DNA from: Rhina ancylostomus
Taxonomy: Eukaryota
Direction: 5' to 3'
DNA: 64,000 nt
NCBI GenBank assembly: GCA_030265395.1
Contig: JARFYF010000029.1
Span: forward strand, 20,573,101 to 20,637,100
Below the pieces are notes generated by a model. It did not search any database, was not told the DNA's origin, and worked only from the letters and a program-made list of their open reading frames with translations. This document shows positions 27,100 to 39,680 of the stretch, piece by piece. Positions within the stretch are counted from its first letter, which is position 1. Each line of letters opens with the position of its first letter. The position numbers and the translations under genes were made by a program.

Positions 27100-27850
27100 T
27101 GCATGCCTCTCTAGCATCATTTCCTACCACAGTTCGTGAAACAGAGTACTTCGCACAAGAAGCCCAAATCCAGCTCGTTACCACCGGAGGATCGGCGGGG
27201 GAAAGCCAGCGTTCACTGCGGCCGGGATTGTCCCGGGCGGGTGATTGACAGATGGGTAACGGATGATTGGCAGGTGGGTAAACGTCTTGTGACACGTGGG
27301 TAATCGGGTGATTGACAGGTGGGTGACCGGTCATCTCCATGGAGTTACTCGGCTCCATCGTTGGAGTCCACGCCCGACCGGTGGCGGGATCGGGATTGCC
27401 GACCCGGAGACCAGGTAAAAAAAAGTTCAGTTTTGTTTTATTGATGTTGCTTCTTTTTCTGGTGATTAAAGTTATCTCATAAAACTCTTACAAACCCTCA
27501 CAGACTTTGACAGGTGGCGAGCTCCTCCCATGGCGACGGCTATCAAGATATTTGGGGGCAGACTCCCCAGCCGAGGCCTCGACCACCCCACTCCAGGAAG
27601 GTCAGTTGTTCCCAGGTTCGTGTGTGGGCGTGGGGAGAGCGGTGCAGAGAGTCCTGGCAGCAGGTTTAATTGAGTAGGATTCAGTCCAATGTGTTGTATT
27701 AATAAAGCAGCTTGAAAAACTGAAGTGTTCATATTTAAACTGTACAATACATTTGTTTAAATACATTTTTTGTACGTCACGTGTGAGATATGTTCGCAGC
27801 GGAGGATCATAAGCTCTGGGTTTTGTAGTTTGAGCAACGCTGACGCCGCT
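27100..27850 (+). promoter_or_regulatory. CpG-rich promoter and probable first exon (donor after 27414)
   Basis: The only clearly CpG-dense non-coding stretch in the window. TGATTGACAG at 27242 and 27309, TGATTGGCAG at 27264, CACGTG at 27293, GTCACGTG at ~27776, and donor CAG|gtaaaa. Confidence 0.75.
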
Positions 27851-27959
27851 GTGGTTTATCTGTTAGGTTAAATGTTTCATGGATAGCATATGTGCAGGAG
27901 ATGTCCACCCTTTAATTCAAAACAATGCATCCAGAAAAGAAATGGGTGAATGCCAGATA

Positions 27960-29560
27960 CAGGAACACAAGTTCCTGTTGTTTTCTAACCAGTATTTGGT
28001 GCTCAAGACTGACGGGGGCGAGATTTGCCTGGGAGTGCANNNNNNNNNNNNNNNNNNNNNNNNNNNNNNNNNNNNNNNNNNNNNNNNNNNNNNNNNNNNN
28101 NNNNNNNNNNNNNNNNNNNNNNNNNNNNNNNNNNNNNNNNNNNNNNNNNNNNNNNNNNNNNNNNNNNNNNNNNNNNNNNNNNNNNNNNNNNNNNNNNNNN
28201 NNNNNNNNNNNNNNNNNNNNNNNNNNNNNNNNNNNNNNNNNNNNNNNNNNNNNNNNNNNNNNNNNNNNNNNNNNNNNNNGCATAAGTAAAAAGGGATTAT
28301 GAACCACCGGCAGATTTTAAGGAATTAGGAAAGAGATTGAACAGCAGGATCTTTAAAATGGTTATCTCCAAATTGGTACCATTGCCACCACTAGTGAGTA
28401 CACAAATAGGAGTATAATACAGATAAATGTATAGCTTCAGAAAGAGTGGATCAGATCAGATATATTTATTAGTCACATGTACATCAAAACACACAGTGAA
28501 ATGCACCTTTTGCATAGAATGTTCTGGGGGCAGCCCGCAAGTGTCGCCATGCTTCTGGTGTCAACATAGCATACCCACAACTTCTTAACCTGTACGTCTT
28601 TGGAATGTGGGAGGAAACTGGAGCACCAGAGGAAACCCACGCAGACGTGGGGTGAACATATAAACTCCCTATAGACAGTGGTGGGAATTGAACCTGGGTC
28701 ATTGGCGCTGTAAAGGGTTACGCTAGCTGCTACACTACTAGAAGGAGAGCTTTAGATTCCTGAGACATAGGGACCCATCCTGGGGAAGATGGGATATGTA
28801 TAGATCAGATGGGTGATGCATTACAGCTCATCAGTACTGGGACCTGTGTCCTTGCTGACAGATTTGTTATTGATTTAGGATGGTTTTATACTTTCTGGGT
28901 AACAGGATGAAAGCTCAGCAAAAGTTCAGAGGGGAGAAAAGCAGAACTGGAAATGAATGAGAAAGTTTGAAAAATACAGAAAATAAATATATATTTGGAA
29001 AATAGAACAGCCTGCGTTTGCTTAAATATATATAACTAAATGTAGGGAGTGTAGTGAATAAGACAGGTTAATTAAGGATACTGATAGACACATGAAAGTA
29101 ATTGGGATAAGGCTGATTTTACTAGACTGAAAAGAAATATAGCAAAAGTGAACTGGAAATGACTATTTGGAGCAATGAAAAGACTTTAAGGAAGAAATTC
29201 AAGGGAAAAACATGTTTCCATGAAGAAACTGAATGGGAATGGCAAATCTGGAGCACCATGGATGTCAAGGTGCATAGACAATAAGAAAAGGCAAAAGAAG
29301 GCATGTCATGCACTGAGAACTTAACGCAGAGGAATGTCTAGATATGAATAGAAAATGTAAGGGTGAAATTGAAAGGGAAATTAGGAAAGCAAAAGGGTAT
29401 GAAAAAAGTACTGGCAAATAAAATAAAAAAAATCAAAGATGTTTTATAATTATATAAAGAGCAAGAGAAAAGAGAAGTGCCTCCGTGAGGCAAAAAGGGA
29501 TGACCTGTAGAGCCAGAAAATTAGGTAATGTTCCCAATGAATATTTGATAACTTTGCTCA
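27960..29560 (+). mobile_element. CR1 LINE fragments (ORF1 and ORF2 pieces), interrupted by a SINE
   Basis: SNQYLVLKTDGG ORF1 motif, esterase-region remnants at 28280-28450 and 28740-28880, ORF2 remnants up to 29560. Confidence 0.7.
28455..28740 (-). mobile_element. Near-complete tRNA-derived V-SINE
   Basis: B-box ggttcaattccc on the minus strand at ~28683-28694, V-core tgggtttcctctggtgctccagtttcctcccaca, AATAAA and microsatellite tail. Confidence 0.9.
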
Positions 29561-29589
29561 AGCTACCACCCCCCCCCCCCCCCGCATTC

Positions 29590-30310
29590 ATCATTTCTGA
29601 AATTGAAGAGACAAGGACAACTGGATCACAAAGGATCCAGAGGGAGGTGTCAGGGATGTTCTGATGGATTGGTAGGTGTGGGCTATTATGGTTTGCACAA
29701 CCATGATGTGTGTTGCAGCATCTCAACAATTGCAAGGAAGGCCAACATTCAACAGCTCTGGAAGCATAGATCTACTTTTATGGGGGGATCTACTTTTATG
29801 TTCTAATGACTGAATGTGCAGCCAGGCTCAGCTGCCGTCAATAAGTTCAGAATGGCAGCTTGTTGACCACTGACTGTGGTCCTCGGCAGTGGAGTTGGTA
29901 AGTGTGAGGGCAGAGGACCATAGTACCTCAATGTCAGCACCCCAGGTAGGGCCTGTGTGTTTGAAGGTTATGTTAATCTGTGCTTCTGTGCTCCCTTCAA
30001 CCTGGTTGCAAATGGTCTCAGTGACATGTCATGAGTCATTCCAAGGTGTGCTGGTGTTGGGTTGTGGTGAATTTTCTCTCCAGCCGCATTGTGATTGGCA
30101 ACCAGTTTCTGGAGTGCAGTGCGTTGACCCTGGATTTTATGAGTTTGGTCACTGCCCCCACTTCTGCAAATATTCAGCTGGTGCAGTTAGGCCCACCATC
30201 AGAGAGGCCTGCAGGTCTCTGAAGGTTTTAGTCAGTGTTGTAAATGGCAAGCCATTGGAGGCAAATTACTGTGGTGTAGTGACAGGCCCAATGCCATATA
30301 GATGTTGAGT
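29590..30310 (-). mobile_element. Vingi/Ingi-clade non-LTR retrotransposon RT relic
   Basis: Minus strand reads HTGPTWGADIEVLWSSALTLTNSTAE...WSTSCHSELID, resembling the LAGxxWGA...LRTSALAL.YS.AEY...W.RS.H..LVD block. Confidence 0.7.
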
Positions 30311-30439
30311 GTATGAGTGAGAATGTGGTAATCATAATTTTCTGGCAGAGTCTTACTCATAGCAGCAAGACTCAGATGGTGTCTCTAACTAAGGGATTGA
30401 GGCCAGGCAATTAAAGCAGGACCAGAATGATGGGATAAC

Positions 30440-31600
30440 ATGAACAAATAATAAAACTAGAAGATTCTCAATGTCCCTGGTGACTATATCCACTGGAAAT
30501 GTGTCCAGCTGCAGCTCCAGTCAAACCACATAGAGCAATTGGAGCTGTGGTTGGTCATGCTGCAGGTACAGAAAGAGCAGTAACTGCAGGCAGATAGTGA
30601 AGGAGTCCCATTGGTCATCCCCCTCTCAAACAGGTATACCATTTTGAATACTATTGGTGGGGGCAATGGGCCTCTCAGAGGAAAGCAGCAACAACACCAT
30701 GTGCCACCATGATTGCCTCTGGTCAGAGTAGGGGAGGGAAAAGTCTAGATGAGCAGTTATGGTGGGGGATCCATTAGTGAGGGGAACAGACTGCCCCTTC
30801 TACGGCTGAGAATCAGGCTCCAGNNNNNNNNNNNNNNNNNNNNNNNNNNNNNNNNNNNNNNNNNNNNNNNNNNNNNNNNNNNNNNNNNNNNNNNNNNNNN
30901 NNNNNNNNNNNNNNNNNNNNNNNCTACGGCTGAGAATCAGGCTCCAGAATGGTGTGTTGCCCTCTCTGGTGCCAGGGCCAGGAATGTCTCTGATCAGGTA
31001 CTGCACAATCTGAAGGGGAAGGGAAAACTGCCAGAGGTCAGAGTATACATTGGTACAAATGACAAAGGCAGAAAGAGGGATGAGGTCCTGCAAAGTAAGT
31101 TTAGGAAGTTAGGCAGAAGGTTAAAAATCAGGACTATCAGGTTGTAATCTCAAGATTACTCCCAGTGCCAAGTACTAGTGAGGGTAGAAATAGGAATGTA
31201 GGACAGATGGACTGCTTTAGTTACTAGGATCATTGGGATCACTTCTGGGGTAAGTGAGACCTGTACAAAAGAGACAGGTTGCGCCTAAGCTGGAGAGAGA
31301 ACCAATAACCTTGCAGGGAGGTTTGCTCGCCCTACTCAGGAGTGTTTAAACTAGTTTGGTGGGTTAAGAAATACAGCAGTTCTGCAGCAGATAGGGAGAA
31401 AATGGTAGAGGATTAATCAAGTAAGTCCATTGGGCAGAGCAGACAGAGGCAGGATAGGCAGGGCTGGCAGGCTCAACTGCATTTACTTTCATGTAAGGAG
31501 AATCACAGGCAAGTCAGAAGAGCTCATGGCATGGATCAGTACTTGGAATTATGATATTGCAATCACAGAAATGTGGTTGAGGAAAGGACAGGGGAATAGC
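30440..31600 (+). mobile_element. CR1 LINE 5' part: ORF1 SGNH esterase and start of ORF2 endonuclease
   Basis: SGARARNV...VYIGTND...FRKLGRRLK (esterase) and LNCIYFHVRRITGK...YDIAITEMWL (APE N-terminus); disrupted. Confidence 0.9.
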
Positions 31601-33989
31601 TCGGATAAATCTATCACAAGGGGTTTAAATTAAAACGAGAAAATACAAAGGCCACCAATATTATCAAATAGTGATGTGAAACAGCAAAAGGAAGCATTTA
31701 AACATGTTTAATGAATTATATTAATTTACATAGAATATTACACAGGGCATTTGGTCCAACTACTCCATTGTTGTACTTGTGCTCAGTTCAAGTCTCCTTG
31801 CAGTTCATCATACTGTAAAAATGGTACAGAGGCACTGGAGATCAGTTCTCCTCAGTCTAACCAAAGATCATTTAGCATCCTTCTCTCAATTTAATCCCTC
31901 TACAAATAACCACCGGTGTTTCCTTGCTTTTATTATGACCTTATTAATCTGTGATCTCTCTGCTTGTTGGTGCATAAACTTGTTGAGTTTGAATTACAAG
32001 TAATTTCCTGCTGAAGGACAAATAAGCATTCTGTGGCAGTAATACCATGGTATATTTATTGGCTTTCACGATGGCCAAGACATCGTGGCACCATACTGGA
32101 ACCATGAACATTATCCCTGTTAGAAAGTGCATTTTTGCCACCTCATGCTAGAATTGTGATACTACAACTGATGGGTAAAATAGTTGTCAATATCTTTATT
32201 GTACATAAATAAATTTTAGTCAGATTAGCATTCTCTAACATCAAAATCATTTTGCCAATTCCTAGCATCCATGATTTTCTAACTAGCCTGGTTCACTAGC
32301 TTCTCAGTCTGTTTACATCTGACCGAGATGCTCAAAGTGATGAAAATTCTAACGTGCTTCCAGTCACAATTTGCTTTTTAAACGATTAATTACCATGGTA
32401 TGAGCTCATGGTTCCTATTTTAAAAAGTATATTCACCCTACCTTTTGGGCAGTGCTTCTTTGTGTCAAAGAGGATAATTTTAATTATAGGCAGAGCAAAG
32501 AGCTAACTGAGATACCTCATTTGGCAGGAACTGGTCTAGATTGAAGACAGAAGGTGCCTTCTGATAGTGTTTAAAAGTTTTGAAGCAGAAGAAAAGGATT
32601 GTCCCTTAGAATCCTAAAAGAAAAATCATAGCCTCCCTGCCTCAGAAACCACCACTGCCCTCCTCCCTCTCATGAAACACTCTGGCTGCTGGAGCTTTGC
32701 TGTCTGATGGGACCTCCACTCATTAATGATGTGAATGCTGAATGTTTTGTCATGATTACTGTGACAAAATCTGAGATTATCCAATTCCCAACCCAAGAAT
32801 TCCTCTCCACTGTGCTAGACAGGAACCTTGAGCAGGTATTGCCCTTTACCTCTCTATCACTCACCAACCCTTCTTTAATCACTTCCCTCAGCTTCATGAT
32901 AGGATCCCTGCTGATTCCGTGAGCTTCAAAATATCCTTCTGGCTGAGATGAGATATTTTATGCATTTCCTCGATCAGGGGGATTTTTTTCTCACCCTATG
33001 GGTTGCTCTGCTTAGGTCAGTCAAAACTAAATTGACAGTTTAGTTTATTCTGTATACAAGCTGCCTGACATTTGCCACTTTAATTCAACATTGCATCTGA
33101 TCTCCATTTTTGACTTTCTACACTGAACCAGAAAAGCTCAATTTAAGTTTCAGGAGCAGCACTTCACCCGTCTATTAGACATATTGCAGCCACTTGACTA
33201 GCCTGACCTTTTAACTATGTAACCTCTTTTCTGTGCAGAGCTGGGCCTGAAAATGTTTAGTGCTTGGGCAAGACCACTCAACCAGAATGTCAAGTAATTC
33301 TGGGTGAAACCAGATAGTAAATTTTATTGTAAAGAAACACAGAAACCACATATTATGAATACTGATTGGACCAATTTGCTATAGTTTTTGATCATGTTGC
33401 TCTTCAGCATACAAGATGAGGGTACCACCCTGGAATAAATATCAATTTTACTGTGGTGTTGCTGGGGTTACAAAGGTTTCTTGGACCAACCTTGATTCAG
33501 ACTTGAAGATTACACACTCATTGAGGAAACTGCATCGGTCAGATTGTTCTTCATTACTAACAAATTCAGTGTTTTTAAACACTGGACACATGATCTTAGT
33601 CTTAATGGCTGATATATCAAAGCAGATCTGTAGGATTAATATTTTTCAATTAACAGTTCTCAAGTCACTGTAGAAGTAGGTTGGATAGTATTCCATTTTG
33701 AGAAATTGATGAAAAATTGATCAGCAGTGTGAGAAATGAGCTTGTTAATCTATTAATGGACTGATTATTCAATGAAAAAGTAACTTTTTGAAATAGTAAC
33801 TTGGGCAGCTTTGGTCTTTGAGTGACTGAGGCCACTTTGGACTCTCCTGGGCCTGCATCTTTAATGCATTAATATTAAAGTCATTATTAAAGGTCTAAAG
33901 CCAACCTGATCGTCTTAATAGGAAGAGATTTGTGACTGTAGCAGATAGCAAAGATGGTTCTCAGAGACTTGCAGCTTGCTAGTAGAAAT

Positions 33990-34900
33990 AATGCAACTTG
34001 GGCAAAACTGATCATCCCAGTTTTCTGATATGGGTCTGGAGGCCCTTGTGGATGAGGAGAAGAGAAGTTCTCCACCCACCAAAGATTCAGGCAACCTCCA
34101 GATTGTAGACAGATGATTCTGAGAAAGAACAGTACGATGAATACAAGGAACCAAGCTTTGGGGATATTAACATAATGATGTTGGACATTTAATATCCTCA
34201 TATTTGTGGTCAAATTGTATCATAAAATCCCACCAACCACACCACTAGCCTTGTACCTGCCAATACAACACTCCCCCACCAATGATCTCCATCAGTCAAC
34301 ATATAAATGGCCCAACAAGCCCTCACATTTCTAAACTCCAAGAGTCACAGCCACAGCCAATGCCTTGCACATATTGCCAGCTATTCACCAAACATGAATT
34401 GTCTGCAGACGGGGGAAGGACAAAGGGTTGTGCAGCTGCATGCAAATTCTGCTACAGAAAACTCGGGTAAGAAATTCAGCAGAGAAGTTTACAGAAGGAG
34501 GCTGATGCGTAAGCACACTGGAATGTGTGGTGAATTTCCAGGAAGCCTGATATAGTGTGCAGAAATGTTAGGTCCAGTTCAAACATGGATGTAGAGCCTG
34601 GAGCCTATCCTTTCCATTTCAACACTTGAGGACCTGACCACCATGGGCAGTGTCTCAGCTTTAATTGCAGAAAGCAGAAGGCAGCCAACATCTAAGCTGC
34701 AGTGGAAACTTAGACCTGTCATGCAAGCTCAGATTTCTCCCATCATGGCCCTAGATACAAACATTCAGAAATGCTTTCATGGTGTCATGGCACCCCAGAA
34801 GCTGTTTTTCAGCAGATTACCAGGATTGCTTAGTGGAGTGCCAGATGCTTCATGGCACACAAAACTATTGTCTTCTCTCGGGGTGATGGCATCTTTATAC
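33990..34900 (+). mobile_element. Harbinger Myb/SANT ORF relic
   Basis: QFSDMGLEALVDE at ~34018-34056 resembles the Myb/SANT-like N-terminal motif; the downstream part is homologous to 8400-8850 (-). Confidence 0.55.
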
Positions 34901-34924
34901 CATTACCGTTTCTCTACCAGGTTG

Positions 34925-35440
34925 TGAGGGGCACAGCAGGGAATGACATAGTACTGTTACTACTGCACAACTCAGCATCCTGACCTCCGTTCTAACTGTA
35001 GAGTTTGAACACTCTCTCGGTGACCGTGGTGTTCCTGTTTTCTTCTGCATCCCAAATATTGACAAGATAAATAACATACAAGTTACATTGATTGACAGGG
35101 CAACTTGTATGTTATTGTTATTATGACATTGAAGGTCCATGCTGATGCTCAGAATAATCCCATCAAACCATTCCCCCTCTTTATATTTCCTGGAAGTGTT
35201 GCAATATATTCTCTTACACAACTCCCCTTTAATTTTATTTTGACATTTACCAACACTGAGGGGTAATTTACAGTAGCCAATTAACCTGTCAGCACATTTG
35301 TGGGATGGAGTAAGAAACTGGAGCACTCCAGGGAAACCCATACAGTCACAGGAGAGAGAGGGAAAGTAAACTCCAGACAGCACTTGAGATCAGGTTTGAA
35401 CCTGGGTCGCAGATGCTGTGTAACAACAGCACCAACTGCA
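34925..35440. mobile_element. Two V-SINE copies in opposite orientation (+ 34925-35080; - 35130-35440)
   Basis: gaaactggagcactccagggaaacccatacagtcacagg...caggtttgaacctggg on the second copy; decayed head on the first. Confidence 0.7.
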
Positions 35441-35779
35441 TCTCCAGAAGAGTCCAAGTACAGGTTTTAGAATGATGTCAGGAATATGGTGATCAGTAGG
35501 TAATGCAAGGGCAAAGCAGCCACATTTTGGACTGACACCAATGTTTGAGATATAGCATAAAGCAGATTGTCACAGAATGAAACCCTGGAGACTTGACATT
35601 GGCCAATGCTTGTAAGACATGGTGAACTCCCCAGTGTTAGTCTGGAAAGAGCCAGAGGTGAAGAAATTCATGATGCTTATCTTCACTGCCACTGGCTTCA
35701 GAATTCTGGATCTGCTTTGCAACTGCTTTTGTGTCTGAGTCCTGTGGCATTACTCAATGCGTTTTGGGAGACCGGGACT

Positions 35780-37375
35780 GTTTACAGGTAGTCAGCATGG
35801 CTTTGTGCATTTGAAATCATGTCCCATGAATTTGACTGAGTTTTTTGAAGAAGTGACCAAGAGGATTGACAAGGCAGGACAGTAGACATTGTCTACATGG
35901 ACTTTAACAAGGCCTTTCACAAGGTCCCATATGGTAAGCTGGTCCAGAAGACTAAAACACATGAGATTCAGGGTATGAAATTGGCTTGGTGGTAGGGGGC
36001 AGGTGGTGGTAGTGGAAGTAGTTTTTCAGATTTGAGACATGTGACCAGTGGTGTGCTGTTGTGATTGATGCTGTGTCCTCTGTTGTTTGTCATATATATT
36101 AAAAATTTGGTTCAGAATGTAGGTGGCATGATTAGTAAGTTTGATGATGATGCCAAAATTGGCGGTATAAGGTCACAACAGGATGTAGATTAACTGGAAA
36201 AGTGGGCACCGGAATGGCAGATGGAACTTAACTTGGACAAGTGTGAACTGATGCATTTTGGGAAGTTAAACCAGGACATACAGTGAATGGCAGGACCTAG
36301 GGGTGCAATTACATAGTTTCCTGAAAGTGGGAACACAGTTAAACAGGGTGGTGAAGAAGGCATATTGCATGCTTGCCTTCATTGGCCGAGGCATTGATTA
36401 CAAGAGTAGGGATGCCACGTTACAATTATACAAAATGTTGGTTAGGTGGCATTTGGAGCTGCTGAGTCCCAGGTCTAGGAGTTTGGTGATGAATGTGCTT
36501 GGAATTATAGTATTGAAGGTGGAGCTGTAGTGAATAAACAATAGTCTAATGTAGGTGCCTTTACTGTCCAGATGCTCCAGAGATGAGTGTAGGGCCAGGG
36601 TGATGGCGTCTGTCGTAGACCTGTTTCGGTGGTAGGTGAATTGCAGTGGTCTGGGGCTCAATTTCGGACTGGCATTGTCTCTTGGCATCTCTGATCGCCT
36701 TACGGAGTTGCAGCTCAATTTCTTGTAAAGGTCAGGGTCACCTAATTTAAACGTTGCAGTCCCGGACTACAGTAGGGAGTGGATCTCCCGATTCATCCAT
36801 GGTTTCTGGTTGGGAACACCCAGATTGTCCTCTTTGGTACACAGTCCTCGACACACTTGCTGATAAAGTCTGTGGCGGTGGTGACGTACTCATCTAGGCT
36901 GGCTGCTGAATCTTTGAACTTGGACCAGTCGACCTACTTAAAGCAGTCACATAGAAGCTCATCTATGTGGACGGACATGATTAAGCGATGGAGGGTGCAG
37001 AAAAGACTTACAAGGACGTTGCCCGTTTTGGAGGGTTTGAATCATAAGGAGAGATTAGATAGGCTGTGTTTTCCTTAGAGGAAAGGAGGCTAAGAGGTGA
37101 CATAATAGAAGTATATAAAATAATGAGCAGTTTGGTAGGGTTGTTAGCCAAAGTCTGTTTCTGATGGTAGGAGTGTCTCAAATTAGAGACCATAGTTTTA
37201 AGGTAAGAGTCAGGAGATTTAAAGGGGATCTGACAGGTAAATTCTTCACACAAAGAGTAGTCGGTATGTGGAATGAGTTGTCAGATGAGGTGCTGGAGGC
37301 AGAAACAATTACATTTAAGAGGTATCTGGACAAATAGCTGAATGGGCAGGGCTTCTATACTGTACGACACTATGA
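35780..37375 (+). mobile_element. CR1 LINE RT and 3' end, with a nested Rex1 fragment
   Basis: QHGF, DIVYMDF.KAF.KVP, KFDDDAKIG-like remnants and [20 protein letters not shown]; resumes at ~36965 with RVQKRLTR. Confidence 0.9.
36455..36960 (-). mobile_element. Rex1/Babar non-LTR fragment
   Basis: [28 protein letters not shown]...[18 protein letters not shown]...KLLDLGL in ORF 36398..36718. Confidence 0.85.
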
Positions 37376-38559
37376 TTGCATCCTTTGGGAGGAGGGGTCT
37401 GCAAACACACTTCTACTTGTTGATATGTATAGAGGGGAATTCATTCCTGAAATCTCACAGCATCTACTGCTGAGGGCTCTTCTCCCCTTCCCCTCCTAAC
37501 AGGTAGCCTGGTCATCATTTTTCATTTCATGCTGCAGACCTGTAGTTGCCAACCCCTTATGTCTGGCAGCATTGAGGTTAGATTAAGAGTTAGTTCTAGC
37601 TTTTGCTACGTTACTCCCTGAAGGCATTCCAAACACTGGTATTAGTCAAAAATCAAACACTGACAATTCCCTGCAGCCTACTCTCATTCCAATCAACCAC
37701 CAAACTAATCTGTAACTAATCTCTGATCCCTTTAAGTTACAGAGGAAAGGGAGTTCTTTCTGCTGCTAAACACTCAGTTCTCCATATGATTTGGAATACA
37801 TGGCATTAATTGGATACAATATTGCTAGTGTCAAATCATGTTACACAAGGATTGACATCATGCCTTATCGACACACTGCTGGCCCACCCAAGCTTCATAC
37901 ATAACTTTATCATTCCCCATATGATAGCCAGTGTAAGGTGGCTAAAGGTGCACTTTATGCAAGAAATTTAAAGCATATCAGCAGCTTTACCACCCCCCCC
38001 CTCAACAATGGGAGCCCAATTTCACAGCCCTGGAATTGTGAGATTGTGAACATATTATATTTATGTTCCTTTCAAATTAAGATTCTGCTTCCAGAAATTA
38101 ATAAGATTTGAGGAAAAGTCTGGGTACTTTACACGTTTTGTATTAAAGATGTGTTGTGGATTTATTTTGACTTCATTTAACATGACACTACAGTTGTGAT
38201 GTTGTTTGGAGAATTAAGTTAAGTTTGAACTTTTGGTGACACTTTTTGTTACTGGCTGCGCAGCATGTCTGAAACTGCTATTGTGCTGTCTGATGCTTTC
38301 ACTGGCCCCAAGGGTTTTGCACAGTGAACAATTAATTAATGCCTTTCTTCTTTTTGTCACATTGGATGGCTGAGTGTGAAGGAGACATTCTGTATTAGTT
38401 TTTAAATTATCAGCTTGAAGCTATACCACAGTGTTCATTCCTGTGAAAGTTCTTGAAGATCCCTCTCCATGACAACAGTCTGAAACTGAACCAGCTGGAC
38501 ATAAGCTGTGGAGCACTTATCCATGCCTTCATTTATACCCAATTACCATGTTATCATAA

Positions 38560-38770
38560 TTGACTCTGAGTTGAGCCATGTTCAAGATGTCTATTAACCC
38601 CATCCCTACCTCATCTGCAGTAGAAACCTCATACATGCCTTTATTCCTTCTACACCTGACTATTTAGCACACTATTGTCCAGCCACCCTCTTTCTATTCT
38701 TTGTAAATGTGAGGCCATCCAAAGCACTTCAGCTTACATTTTATTCTTGTACCATTCACACATCAGCCTA
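38560..38770 (+). mobile_element. L2 LINE fragment
   Basis: gtagaaacctcatacatgcctttattccttctacacctgactat resembles L2 ETLIHAF.TSRLDY. Confidence 0.6.
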
Positions 38771-39409
38771 GCTTAGCAACACTAAAAGTCACTCTACACA
38801 ATAGACTCTCTGATGTCTGAGCAACTAAGCTAATCAACTGAATCAAGCTGGCTACAATTGATGGTTCTAGGGAGTTGAGAGTATTCGGTGCTCCCAGGTA
38901 AACAAGTCCCTGTCTATCACAGATCTGCTGTAAGTCTAGGACAAACAGCAATGGACTCTGATCATACCAGGAATACACTGGAAATCTCTCTCTCCCATCC
39001 CTTGTGGATCAGACCTGACATAGGAGCAGTGACCCCACCTATTTGGATAAAGATTTCTGACCCATTGAATAGAAAGAAAATGGTAACTAATATCATTTTT
39101 TAAAAATTAATTTTAATTTTAAAGTTTGTAGTTATTCCTTAGTGTTTTAATATGTATTGAAATAGATTTGTTTCCTTGCTGCTTTTAATTTCGTTAGTAA
39201 TTTTTATTATTAATCAAAGCAATGTTAATAGCTTTTAAATTTCTCTGAATAGAAGAAACATTAACAATCTGTTGCAGTGATTTGACAACTTTGACAGGGT
39301 GCTTTGCCCCCTGAGTGCTCCTGTTAAAGGCAATCAGGACATTCCAAGGGTGGGGTCTCAGCAGTATGCCCCTCTATGGCCTATTTACTACTGATGTCTC
39401 ACTATTCAT

Positions 39410-39680
39410 TATCTGCCTTCCACTACTGTCTGTGTGGAGTTGCATGTTCTCCACTATGTGTTTTTTTTCCTCTGGGTGCTCTGGTTTCCTCCCACTAACC
39501 AAAGGCGTGCAGTTTGGCAGGTTCATTGGCCATTGTAGGTTGGCCACAGTATTTATTGAGTGGTGGAATCTGAGGAGATTTGATGGGAATGTGGGGAGAA
39601 CAAGCTACAGGACATATTAGTGCAGGAATAGGATTGCTCTCTGAGCTAGCATGGACTTGATGGGCCAAAATGATGTCTTA
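39410..39680 (+). mobile_element. V-SINE
   Basis: gtctgtgtggagttgcatgttctcc...tctgggtgctctggtttcctcccac core. Confidence 0.8.

Noticed and set aside
28670-28740. tRNA-like A/B boxes
   Set aside because: Head of a tRNA-derived SINE, not a tRNA gene.
30800-30947. Direct repeat ctacggctgagaatcaggctccag on both sides of a gap
   Set aside because: Contig-end overlap artefact, not a target-site duplication.
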